Positions 35,786-44,189 of a stretch of DNA of 64,000 bases are shown here, one piece after another. Source of the DNA: Spirochaetota bacterium (GTDB taxonomy: Bacteria; Spirochaetota; UBA4802; UBA5550); the NCBI GenBank assembly GCA_016928865.1, contig JAFGJX010000069.1, positions 124,913-188,912 on the forward strand, given 5' to 3'. Under the pieces are notes generated by a model. That model was given only the letters and a program-made list of their open reading frames with translations. It was not told the DNA's origin and did not search any database. Numbering within the stretch: position 1 is the stretch's first letter; the number at the start of each line of letters is the position of its first letter. Both the position numbers and the translations under genes were made by a program.

Positions 35786-37108
35786 ATGAAATTATCAGTT
35801 ATCGGTACCGGGTATGTCGGTCTTGTAACCGGGACCTGCTTTGCGGACATGGGCAACGATGTATGGTGCATCGATATCGATGAAACAAAAATCGAGAATC
35901 TGAAAAAGGGGATACTTCCCATATACGAGCCCGGGCTGGAAGAACTGGTAAAGCGCAACCATGCCGAAGGTCGTCTGCGCTTTACCACGAACCTGAACGA
36001 GGGCATCGATGAATCCGAATACGCCTTCATCGCGGTCGGCACTCCCTCGGACGAGGACGGCTCTGCCGACCTGCAGCACGTGATTGAAGTGGCGCGCCAG
36101 ATCGGACGCTGCATGGATAACTACCTGATTATAATCGACAAGTCGACGGTGCCCGTCGGCACCGCTGAAAAGGTGAGGCAGGCGGTCCGTGAAGAGCTTG
36201 ATAAGCGGGGGAAGGGCGATGTTTCGTTTGACGTCGTATCCAATCCCGAATTCCTCAAGGAGGGGAGCGCTGTTGAGGACTTCATCCGGCCCGACCGTGT
36301 CATCATCGGGACCGATAACGAGAGTGCCGCCGAGCGCATGCGCGACCTCTATTCAACATTTGTCCGGAAGGGAGACCGAGTGATGCTCATGGACATTCCT
36401 TCGGCCGAGCTGACGAAATATGCGGCGAATGCGATGCTCGCGACCAGGATAAGCTTCATGAATGAGCTGGCCCATCTCTGCGAGGTCACGGGCGCCGATA
36501 TAGAGAGCGTGCGGCGGGGAATCGGTTCCGACAGCCGCATCGGGAACGCCTTTCTCTACGGCGGCATAGGTTACGGCGGATCCTGTTTTCCCAAGGACGT
36601 CAAGGCGCTCATATACACCCTCCGGGATTACGGCTTCGATGCGAAGATCCTGACAGCGGTCGAGGAGGTCAACCGGAATCAGCGGACCTATTTCATTGAC
36701 AGGGTGGTCAGGCATGTGGGGGAAAATCTCACGGGAAAAATATTCGCCGTGTGGGGGCTGGCGTTCAAGCCGCAGACCGATGATATGCGCGAGGCCCCGT
36801 CCATTGATATTATAAACGGTCTCCGGGACCGCGGGGCTTCATTCAGGGCCTACGATCCTATCGCCATAGAGAATGCGCGCCTGATAATCGGCGACAGGAA
36901 TATCGAATACGTTACGAACAATTACGACGCTCTCGAGGGAGTTGACGCGCTGTTGCTTCTGACTGAGTGGCACCATTTCAGGAAACCGGACTTCGAGAAG
37001 ATGAAGGACCTGATGAATGAGCCGGTAATATTTGACGGCAGGAACCAGTACGAGCCTGCCAAGATGAAGGAGATGGGCTTCGCCTATTATTCCATAGGCA
37101 GGAGTTGA
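35786..37108 (+). CDS. ugd: UDP-glucose 6-dehydrogenase
   Basis: The NAD-binding motif is VIGTGYVGLVTGTCFADMG. The catalytic motif is GGSCFPKDV. The 440-aa length fits. Confidence 0.94.
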   Translation: MKLSVIGTGYVGLVTGTCFADMGNDVWCIDIDETKIENLKKGILPIYEPGLEELVKRNHAEGRLRFTTNLNEGIDESEYAFIAVGTPSDEDGSADLQHVIEVARQIGRCMDNYLIIIDKSTVPVGTAEKVRQAVREELDKRGKGDVSFDVVSNPEFLKEGSAVEDFIRPDRVIIGTDNESAAERMRDLYSTFVRKGDRVMLMDIPSAELTKYAANAMLATRISFMNELAHLCEVTGADIESVRRGIGSDSRIGNAFLYGGIGYGGSCFPKDVKALIYTLRDYGFDAKILTAVEEVNRNQRTYFIDRVVRHVGENLTGKIFAVWGLAFKPQTDDMREAPSIDIINGLRDRGASFRAYDPIAIENARLIIGDRNIEYVTNNYDALEGVDALLLLTEWHHFRKPDFEKMKDLMNEPVIFDGRNQYEPAKMKEMGFAYYSIGRS

Positions 37109-37136
37109 TGACTGCGCGCCCGCTGCATGTTTCCGC

Positions 37137-37168
37137 AAACGCCGGCTCCCGGGCCGGCGTTTATATTC
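37137..37168. terminator. hairpin between convergent ugd and tatD (probable terminator)
   Basis: AAACGCCGGC (37137-37146), loop TCCCGG, GCCGGCGTTT (37153-37162), then ATATTCT. It abuts the tatD stop codon. Confidence 0.55.
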
Positions 37169-37931
37169 TCAGCCCAAAGATACGCGCCGCGTTTCTCGTT
37201 GTGTTTTCTGCGACAGCATCAATTGAATCCCCGGTTATTTCAGCGGCCGCGTCAAGATTGTAACGTATATAATGCGGATAGTTCACCTCGCCGTGCTTTT
37301 GCACCGGAGGGATGTCAGGGCTGTCCGTTTCCAGCAGGAAATGACCGGGATAGATCCGCGCGAGCACGGCCGCCCTCTTCTTGCTGTTGCGGAAGGTGAG
37401 GGTGCCGCCCATCGAGAAGCTCAGGCCGAAACGTATGAGCTCGTCCGCAAGCTCCGGACTTCCTGAAAATGAATGTATGATTCCGCCAGGTTCCGGCGCG
37501 CCGACGCGCTTCAGTGAGACGATCAGCTCGTTGAACGCGCCCCTGCAGTGGATGACCACGGGCAGGTTGATCTCGCGGGCGATTGCCAGCTGCCGTTCGA
37601 AAAATTCACGCTGAAGTTCGAACTCGACGACCTCGCTTTTTCTGTCCAGCCCGATTTCTCCGATGGCAACGGCGCCCCGCACGCCTGCATCCGAGAGCGA
37701 AGAGATGTCCGCGCGATACGATTCATCGATGTACCAGGGATGGATCCCCATCGCATATTCGACCTCGGAAAAGCGTTCCGCCAGGGAGCGTGACCGCTCC
37801 CACTGCTCCGGTGTTATTGCGGCGGTGATCAGCTTCACAATGCCGGCGTCCCGGGCGCGCCCGATGATGCAGTCGAGGTCGCTGCTGAAATGCTCGCTTT
37901 CGAGATGGCAGTGGGCGTCAACGAGCCTCAT
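37161..37931 (-). CDS. tatD: TatD-family metal-dependent hydrolase
   Basis: The N-terminus is MRLVDAHCHLE, with IGEIGLD and VVIHCR also present. The 256-aa length fits. Confidence 0.9.
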   Translation of the reverse strand: MRLVDAHCHLESEHFSSDLDCIIGRARDAGIVKLITAAITPEQWERSRSLAERFSEVEYAMGIHPWYIDESYRADISSLSDAGVRGAVAIGEIGLDRKSEVVEFELQREFFERQLAIAREINLPVVIHCRGAFNELIVSLKRVGAPEPGGIIHSFSGSPELADELIRFGLSFSMGGTLTFRNSKKRAAVLARIYPGHFLLETDSPDIPPVQKHGEVNYPHYIRYNLDAAAEITGDSIDAVAENTTRNAARIFGLRI

Positions 37932-37934
37932 CGG

Positions 37935-38354
37935 TCATTCCCCGATTATCTTCACGAGGACCCGTTTCGGGCGTCCGCCGTCGAATTCGCCGTAATAAAT
38001 CTGCTCCCACGGGCCGAAATCGAGCTTACCGCCGGTGATGGCGACGACCACCTCCCTGCCCATGATGGTCCTCTTGATGTGCGCGTCGCCGTTGTCTTCG
38101 CCGGTCCGGTTGTGACGGTAGTTCAAGACCGGGGCGTGGGGGGCGAGCCGCTCCAGAAAATCATCAAAATCCTGGAGCAGTCCGCTCTCGGCGTCGTTGA
38201 TGTAAACCGACGCGGTGATATGCATGGCGTTCACCAGGCAGAGGCCTTCCTGTATGCCGCTTTTTTTTACGAGTTTCTCAACCGTGTCGGTTATATTGAT
38301 ATACTCCCTCCGGGTTTTTGTGTTGAAAACAAGGTATTCGGTAAAAGATTTCAT
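37935..38354 (-). CDS. yjbQ: YjbQ/UPF0047 family protein (secondary thiamine-phosphate synthase-like)
   Basis: It is 139 aa with [15 protein letters not shown] and [19 protein letters not shown], typical of UPF0047. GGGGGAA SD is present. Confidence 0.82.
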   Translation of the reverse strand: MKSFTEYLVFNTKTRREYINITDTVEKLVKKSGIQEGLCLVNAMHITASVYINDAESGLLQDFDDFLERLAPHAPVLNYRHNRTGEDNGDAHIKRTIMGREVVVAITGGKLDFGPWEQIYYGEFDGGRPKRVLVKIIGE

Positions 38355-38414
38355 TTGGTTCCCCCGTTCAAATAGTTGTCGCGTGAGCGAATGGTTTTAA
38401 CAGTAGCGCGCGGC

Positions 38415-38428
38415 TTGATTTTTGTCAA
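38415..38428. promoter_or_regulatory. FNR/CRP-family-like palindrome in the divergent yjbQ / glpA intergenic region
   Basis: TTGAT-TTTT-GTCAA compared with the consensus TTGAT-N4-ATCAA (one mismatch). It lies 61 nt upstream of the yjbQ start and 187 nt upstream of the glpA start. Confidence 0.3.
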
Positions 38429-38614
38429 AAAGAATATGGGAACGGCGTGCGGCATCCGTGGCCATACAGCGTGTCATAAAAAAATGAGAAAAGAAGATAT
38501 TGTTATTGAATTATAACTTGCCATTTTCACCATGATTAACAGTAATATTTAACCAGCTGCATGGACGCGCCCGGCGCGATGTTCGCGTGAGCGTCAGGAG
38601 CAGGGGCGTACATC

Positions 38615-40198
38615 ATGCATGCATATCGATACGGGAGCGTGACAGTGCAGACACAGGTGCTCATAATCGGCGGAGGCGCCACGGGAACGGCCATAGCGCG
38701 CGATCTCGCCCTGCGCGGCGTGCGGTGCATTCTTGTCGAAAAGAGCGACCTGAACGCCGGCGCTTCCGGCGGAAACCACGGACTGCTTCATAGCGGGGGC
38801 CGCTATGTTTCCAACGACCAGGAGGCCGCCCGGGAGTGCAAGGAGGAAGGCGATATTATCAAGCGCCTGATGCCGCAGTGCGTTGAAGACACGGGCGGTA
38901 TTTTTGTCGCCATCGAGGGGGACGATGAGCGCTTCATCGCCGAGTATCCCGCCTATTGCTCCCGGTGCGGCGTTCCCTGCGAGCAGATCACGCCGGAAGA
39001 GGCCTGCTTTCTCGAGCCGACCCTGTCCGAGAAGGTCATCGCCGCCTACAAAGTGGAAGACGCGTCAATAGACCCCTTCAAGCTGACGCTCCTGAACATG
39101 ACCCAGGCGGTCTCGCTCGGTTCACGGCTTCTGAGGAGGACGAAGGTGATTCGATTCGACATCCATGACCGCAGGATCGATCGTGTCCTGGTGAGAAATG
39201 TCGATTCCGGCGACGAGTATTACATAGAGGCCGAGCAGGTTGTCAATGCCGCCGGCGCCTGGGCCGGTCAGGTCTCCGGATTGGCCGGCATAGATATACC
39301 GATGAATTATTCGAAGGGGACCCTGCTGGTCACGAACGACAGGATTAATTACCGGGTCATCAACCGGCTCCGGCGGCCATCGGACGCCGATATCCTGGTG
39401 CCCGGCGGCACCGTCTCGATAATCGGTACCACCTCGGTCCCGGTTGAAGACCCTGACCGGATATACCCGACGGTCGAAGAGACGGATCTCATCGTCAGGG
39501 AGGGCGCCGAGATGGTTCCGGTACTCGAGCGGAGCAGGTTCGTCCGGGCGTACTGCGGGGTGCGCCCCCTTTTCGGCAAGGGGGGCGGTGACGGCAGGAC
39601 GGTGAGCCGCGGCTTTGCGCTCCTCGATCACTCGCATGAGGACGTGGATAATTTTACTACCATAACCGGCGGCAAACTGACGACTTTCAGGCTGATGGCG
39701 GAGCGAACCGCGGATATGGTATGCAATAAGATGGGGGTAGCGGAACCATGCCGGACCAGGAGTGAGCCGCTGCCCGAGATCGACGATTGCCGGTGGACCG
39801 AGCCCGGCATCTCGCCGAAACAATGGATGCGCTCGCATGAATCCGATGACATCGTGATCTGTGAGTGCGAGATGGTGACAAAATCAGCGATCGACGAAAT
39901 ACGCGCATCCCTCAAGGCCAACAATGAGAAGCCGGGGCTCGTTGATATCTGCATGCGGACGCGTCTGGGACGGGGCGCGTGCCAGGGCGCGTTCTGCGGG
40001 CCCCGCGCGCTTGCCTATTTGTACGAGAGCGGCGAATATCACGGACAGGACGGGCTGATCGACATAGGCAGGTTTTATCAGGAGCGCTGGAAGGGCATTC
40101 ATTCGATCCTCTGGGGAGATCAGCTCATACAGGCGGAGCTGATGGAATCGATCCACTGCGGCCTGTTCGACGAAGAATTATATACGCCGGAAGCGTAA
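38615..40198 (+). CDS. glpA: anaerobic glycerol-3-phosphate dehydrogenase subunit A
   Basis: The FAD motif is VLIIGGGATGTAIARDLALRG. The C-terminal BFD-like [2Fe-2S] region is VICECEMV .. GRGACQGAFC. Confidence 0.9.
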   Translation: MHAYRYGSVTVQTQVLIIGGGATGTAIARDLALRGVRCILVEKSDLNAGASGGNHGLLHSGGRYVSNDQEAARECKEEGDIIKRLMPQCVEDTGGIFVAIEGDDERFIAEYPAYCSRCGVPCEQITPEEACFLEPTLSEKVIAAYKVEDASIDPFKLTLLNMTQAVSLGSRLLRRTKVIRFDIHDRRIDRVLVRNVDSGDEYYIEAEQVVNAAGAWAGQVSGLAGIDIPMNYSKGTLLVTNDRINYRVINRLRRPSDADILVPGGTVSIIGTTSVPVEDPDRIYPTVEETDLIVREGAEMVPVLERSRFVRAYCGVRPLFGKGGGDGRTVSRGFALLDHSHEDVDNFTTITGGKLTTFRLMAERTADMVCNKMGVAEPCRTRSEPLPEIDDCRWTEPGISPKQWMRSHESDDIVICECEMVTKSAIDEIRASLKANNEKPGLVDICMRTRLGRGACQGAFCGPRALAYLYESGEYHGQDGLIDIGRFYQERWKGIHSILWGDQLIQAELMESIHCGLFDEELYTPEA

Positions 40199-40213
40199 TG
40201 ATGAGGAGCGAGC

Positions 40214-41539
40214 ATGACACTGCCGAAATCGCATAACTATGACCCGCGCCATGTCTTCGACGTTATGGTTATAGGTTCAGGGATTTCCGGCATGGCCGCG
40301 TCGCTTTTTTCCGTCAACCGGAAGCTATCGACCGTGCAGGCGGGCAGTGCGGGAGGCACCCTGTTCACGAGCGGGCTCCTTGATCTGATCGGGGTATACC
40401 CGCTCGAGGAGAAACGGCTCTGGAAAAATCCGTGGGAAGCGCTTGATGCAATGCGCGCGGACGGATCCCAGCACCCCTACACGCGGCTCGGCAATAACCG
40501 GATAAGCGATGCGTTTAATGAATTGATAGAATTTCTGGGTTCAGTGGGAATGCGTTTCCGTTGCGGCGGCGACCACAACCTCGAGGTCATAACCTCCATG
40601 GGCACGGTAAAGGACACCTATTGCGTCCCCGAATCCATGTGGCACTGCGTTGACGCCTACGAAGAGAAGGCTCCGTGTCTGTTTGTCGACTTCAGGGGGC
40701 TCAAGGAGTTCAGCGCGCGCCAGATTTCGTCCGCGCTTCGCAGTGAATGGCCCGCTACTCGTACGCTCCGCGTGGCGTTTCCCGGCACTGAAGGGCGGAA
40801 CGAGGTCCATGCGGCGCACCTGGCGAGGGCGCTCGAAATGGCGGGCGTCAGGGAAGCGCTGACTGAGGCCATCAGGCCTGAAATCGGCGACGCGAGGTAT
40901 GTCGGGTTCCCGGCTGTACTGGGCATCAAGAGGACCCCGGCTATAATCGAGCATCTGGGAAAGCTTCTCGGCGTGCCGGTCTTTGAGATCCCGATGATGC
41001 CCGCATCGGTGCCGGGCTTCAGGCTGAAGGAGCTGTTTGACACCGAGCTGCCACGGCGGGGGCTCCTGCGGCTGATCGACAAGCGGGTGGAATCGGTAAA
41101 CCGGACCGACAATGGAAATTTTCTTCTCGCGATCGGAGGCAATGACGAGACCGTGCTGATACAGGCCCGGGCGGTGGTCCTGGCCACGGGCCGCTTCATG
41201 GGCAAGGGGCTTATCTCGGACAGGAAGGGGATCTACGAACCGATATTCAACCTTCCCCTGCATCAGCCTGAGGGGAGGCTGGCCTGGCACCACAAGGAAT
41301 TCCTCCATCCGGGCGGGCACCCGGTGAACAGGGCGGGGGTCGAGGTGGATGATTGCTTCAGGCCGGTGGACGCGGGCGGAACCGTCGTGCACGAGAACCT
41401 GTTCGCCGCAGGATCAATACTGGCACATCAGGACTGGATGCGGATGAAATGCGGCTCTGGCCTCGCCATTGCGACAGCATACGCGGCGGTGAATGCCTGC
41501 ATTGATACGCTCAAAAAAAAGGACGGGGAGATCGGATAA
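40214..41539 (+). CDS. glpB: anaerobic glycerol-3-phosphate dehydrogenase subunit B
   Basis: The dinucleotide-binding motif is FDVMVIGSGISGMAASL. The ~440-aa size and the position directly after glpA fit GlpB. Confidence 0.8.
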   Translation: MTLPKSHNYDPRHVFDVMVIGSGISGMAASLFSVNRKLSTVQAGSAGGTLFTSGLLDLIGVYPLEEKRLWKNPWEALDAMRADGSQHPYTRLGNNRISDAFNELIEFLGSVGMRFRCGGDHNLEVITSMGTVKDTYCVPESMWHCVDAYEEKAPCLFVDFRGLKEFSARQISSALRSEWPATRTLRVAFPGTEGRNEVHAAHLARALEMAGVREALTEAIRPEIGDARYVGFPAVLGIKRTPAIIEHLGKLLGVPVFEIPMMPASVPGFRLKELFDTELPRRGLLRLIDKRVESVNRTDNGNFLLAIGGNDETVLIQARAVVLATGRFMGKGLISDRKGIYEPIFNLPLHQPEGRLAWHHKEFLHPGGHPVNRAGVEVDDCFRPVDAGGTVVHENLFAAGSILAHQDWMRMKCGSGLAIATAYAAVNACIDTLKKKDGEIG

Positions 41540-43317
41540 TGCAGGAACCGCTGCTCGGATCACGACTACTTTTCATCTGCCTGTATGCCTCGATCATACT
41601 ATGCGCGGTCGGCATCCTGTTTCGTGCGGTGCGCTGGTTCTTCATCAATACCGGTCCCGCGTCCGGGAGTGCGGGGGTTTTTTCAAGAATTGCCGCGGCG
41701 ATAAAAGGGTTCTTCGCAATCCTGATCAGCGTAAGGTTCTTCCTGTTTTTCAAGCTCCTGGTCCTTGACGTTCTGATGCAGACGAGGATCCTCAAGACCG
41801 ATGTGTCACGGTGGCTCATGCATTTTCTCATATTTACCGGCTTTACCCTCCTTCTCCTCATGCATGCCATGGATGATCTGATCACAAAAAAGATATTTCC
41901 GGAATATTTTTCAACCATTGATCCCTTCCAGTATCTTCGGAACCTATTCGGTCTCATGGTCATCGCCGGCGTGGCAATCGCGGTCTACCGCCGCATCAGA
42001 CACCGGGGGCCGCTCCTGGCCACCAGGTACGCCGACCGGTATGCGCTCGCCATTCTTGCGGTGATCATGGTGACCGGCTACCTGCTCGAAAGCGCGAAGA
42101 TATCTTCCGAGCGAGTTTTCAATCGCATGGTGAACGACTTCTCCGCAGCAAGCGAGCCCGGTGATGATGAGGCGCTCAGGGCGTACTGGGCCAGGGAGTA
42201 CGGCACCGTTTTTGCAGGCATGGGAGAGGACGCGTCGGAGAAAGTGATAGCCCGGGGCAGGGAGCTGAACGAGCAGAGCTGCGCCACCTGCCATTCGTCG
42301 ACGCGGAGCGCGTTTGTCTCATATCCTCTCGCGCGCGCCATCAGGCCCGTTGCCGTCTCCATGAACACGGTAAAGGCCGATACGGTTCTCTATTATATAC
42401 ATGTTCTGGCATGCTTCATCGGTCTGGCGTATCTTCCCTTCAGCAAGATGTTCCATCTCATAACCGATCCCCTGACCATTGTTATCAACGGGCTGGCCGG
42501 CAGAAAGAGTGCGCGGGGCGCTTCCGCGCTGCCGAGGCGCGCGCTCGAACTGGACGCCTGCACCGGCTGCGGCACCTGCAGCCGCTATTGCTCGGTCGCA
42601 CCTGTATTCAGGATTACGGGCAACCGTGAGGTGCTTCCGATGGACAAGCTCCGGACGGTGCGCCGCCTGGCTTCCGGAGAGCGCATGAGCGCCGCCGAGC
42701 TTCGGGTCATATCCGAGGGCGCCTTCGCCTGCTCCTCCTGCTTCAGGTGCACAGAGGTCTGCCCGGCGGGAATAAACCTTCAGGACCAGTGGAGCGCGTC
42801 GAAAGAGCTCCTGGCCGAAAGGGGCTTTCCCCTGCCGCATGTCTGGATCAAAGAGCACACCTCATCGGAATGGTCCGACCTTGCCCGCTGTCTTCAGGGG
42901 CCGGGCGTTGAGATCGACGCGGTGAAGGGACGCTATTACAACCTGACCGGCGATTCGGAAGTGTTCGCGCACTGCATCCAGTGTCAGACCTGCACCAATG
43001 TCTGTCCGGTCGTCGCGTCAAGGACGGGCCGGGACGGCGCGGTCGATATCACGCCGCAGAAAATAATGAACCTTCTCAGGCTCGGGCTGAATGACCTGGC
43101 CATGGGCTCCCGCATGACCTGGGACTGCGTCACCTGCTATCAGTGCCAGGAAAACTGTCCCCAGGGGATACCGGTCACGGAGATCATATACGAATTGAAG
43201 AACAGGGCTTACGCGCGGTATAAGACCATCGTCCGCGAAGATGACAATGAAGAGGAAGGGGCGGTGATTGACGCACGGGCCGCCATGCGAGACATCAGAC
43301 AGGACAAGGAATCATGA
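41539..43317 (+). CDS. membrane cytochrome-b-like (NarI/DsrM/HdrE type) domain fused to a four-cluster ferredoxin-type FeS domain
   Basis: It has ~6 TM helices with His pairs (WLMHFLIFTGFTLLLLMH and YIHVLACFIGLAYLPFSKMFH). These are followed by CTGCGTCSRYC / CSSCFRCTEVCP and CIQCQTCTNVCP / CVTCYQCQENCP. The start overlaps the glpB stop (TAATG). Confidence 0.8.
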   Translation: MQEPLLGSRLLFICLYASIILCAVGILFRAVRWFFINTGPASGSAGVFSRIAAAIKGFFAILISVRFFLFFKLLVLDVLMQTRILKTDVSRWLMHFLIFTGFTLLLLMHAMDDLITKKIFPEYFSTIDPFQYLRNLFGLMVIAGVAIAVYRRIRHRGPLLATRYADRYALAILAVIMVTGYLLESAKISSERVFNRMVNDFSAASEPGDDEALRAYWAREYGTVFAGMGEDASEKVIARGRELNEQSCATCHSSTRSAFVSYPLARAIRPVAVSMNTVKADTVLYYIHVLACFIGLAYLPFSKMFHLITDPLTIVINGLAGRKSARGASALPRRALELDACTGCGTCSRYCSVAPVFRITGNREVLPMDKLRTVRRLASGERMSAAELRVISEGAFACSSCFRCTEVCPAGINLQDQWSASKELLAERGFPLPHVWIKEHTSSEWSDLARCLQGPGVEIDAVKGRYYNLTGDSEVFAHCIQCQTCTNVCPVVASRTGRDGAVDITPQKIMNLLRLGLNDLAMGSRMTWDCVTCYQCQENCPQGIPVTEIIYELKNRAYARYKTIVREDDNEEEGAVIDARAAMRDIRQDKES

Positions 43318-44180
43318 AATTTGCTTTTTTTAAAGGATGCAAGATACCCTGCTATCTGGAACAGTACGGCACCTCCACCCGCGCCGTACTCAGGACGTTC
43401 GGCGTGCGTCTGATAGACCTCGAATTCAATTGCTGCGGCTATCCAAACCGTGATATCAATTTTGAGGCATTCATACTGTCAGCGGCCAGGAACCTTGCGC
43501 TGGCCGAGAAGAGGCGGCTGGACATTCTTACCCCCTGTAAATGCTGCTACGGTTCGCTGAAGCATGCCGTCCATTATCTTCGCGAACATGAGCGGCTGCG
43601 CAGGACCATAAACGCGGAGCTGGCGGGGGAAGGGCTCTCCTGGAACGACACGATCCGGGTCAAGCACCTTCTGACAGTGCTCTGCGATGACATCGGACTT
43701 CCCGCCCTGTATGCGAGCATTAAGAGACCGCTCAGTGAAATTTCCGTTGCCGCGCATTACGGGTGCCATGCCCTTCGTCCCAGCGCGGTCGTCCATTTCG
43801 ACGACCCGCTGGCGCCCTCGATTTTCGAAGATCTCATAGCCGCGACCGGCGCGAGGCCGGTCGACTGGCCGCGGCGTCTCGATTGCTGCGGTAATCCGCT
43901 CAGGGGCAGGAACGACGAAATTTCGCTCGACCTCATGCGTACCAAGCTGTGCGACGCGGAGGAATCAGGCGCGGATTGCATATGCACTGCCTGCACCTAC
44001 TGTCAGATCCAGTTTGACGAGGTCCAGTCCGAGGAGAGCGCGGCGGATGAGTCGGTTCCCACGGTCCCGTCAATTCTTTACACGCAGCTCCTGGGAATCA
44101 GCATGGGCCTGCCGGAGCGCAAGCTCGGAATAAGGCGAAATTATCTCCAGATAGATAAACTGCGTAAAAGCATTAAATAG
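43314..44180 (+). CDS. HdrB-like protein with two CCG (cysteine-rich) domains
   Basis: The CCG motifs are GCKIPCY .. NCCGYP .. PCKCC and YGCHA .. DCCGNP .. CTACTYC. An ATGA overlap joins it to the upstream gene. Confidence 0.85.
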   Translation: MKFAFFKGCKIPCYLEQYGTSTRAVLRTFGVRLIDLEFNCCGYPNRDINFEAFILSAARNLALAEKRRLDILTPCKCCYGSLKHAVHYLREHERLRRTINAELAGEGLSWNDTIRVKHLLTVLCDDIGLPALYASIKRPLSEISVAAHYGCHALRPSAVVHFDDPLAPSIFEDLIAATGARPVDWPRRLDCCGNPLRGRNDEISLDLMRTKLCDAEESGADCICTACTYCQIQFDEVQSEESAADESVPTVPSILYTQLLGISMGLPERKLGIRRNYLQIDKLRKSIK

Positions 44181-44189
44181 GGGGGTGAT

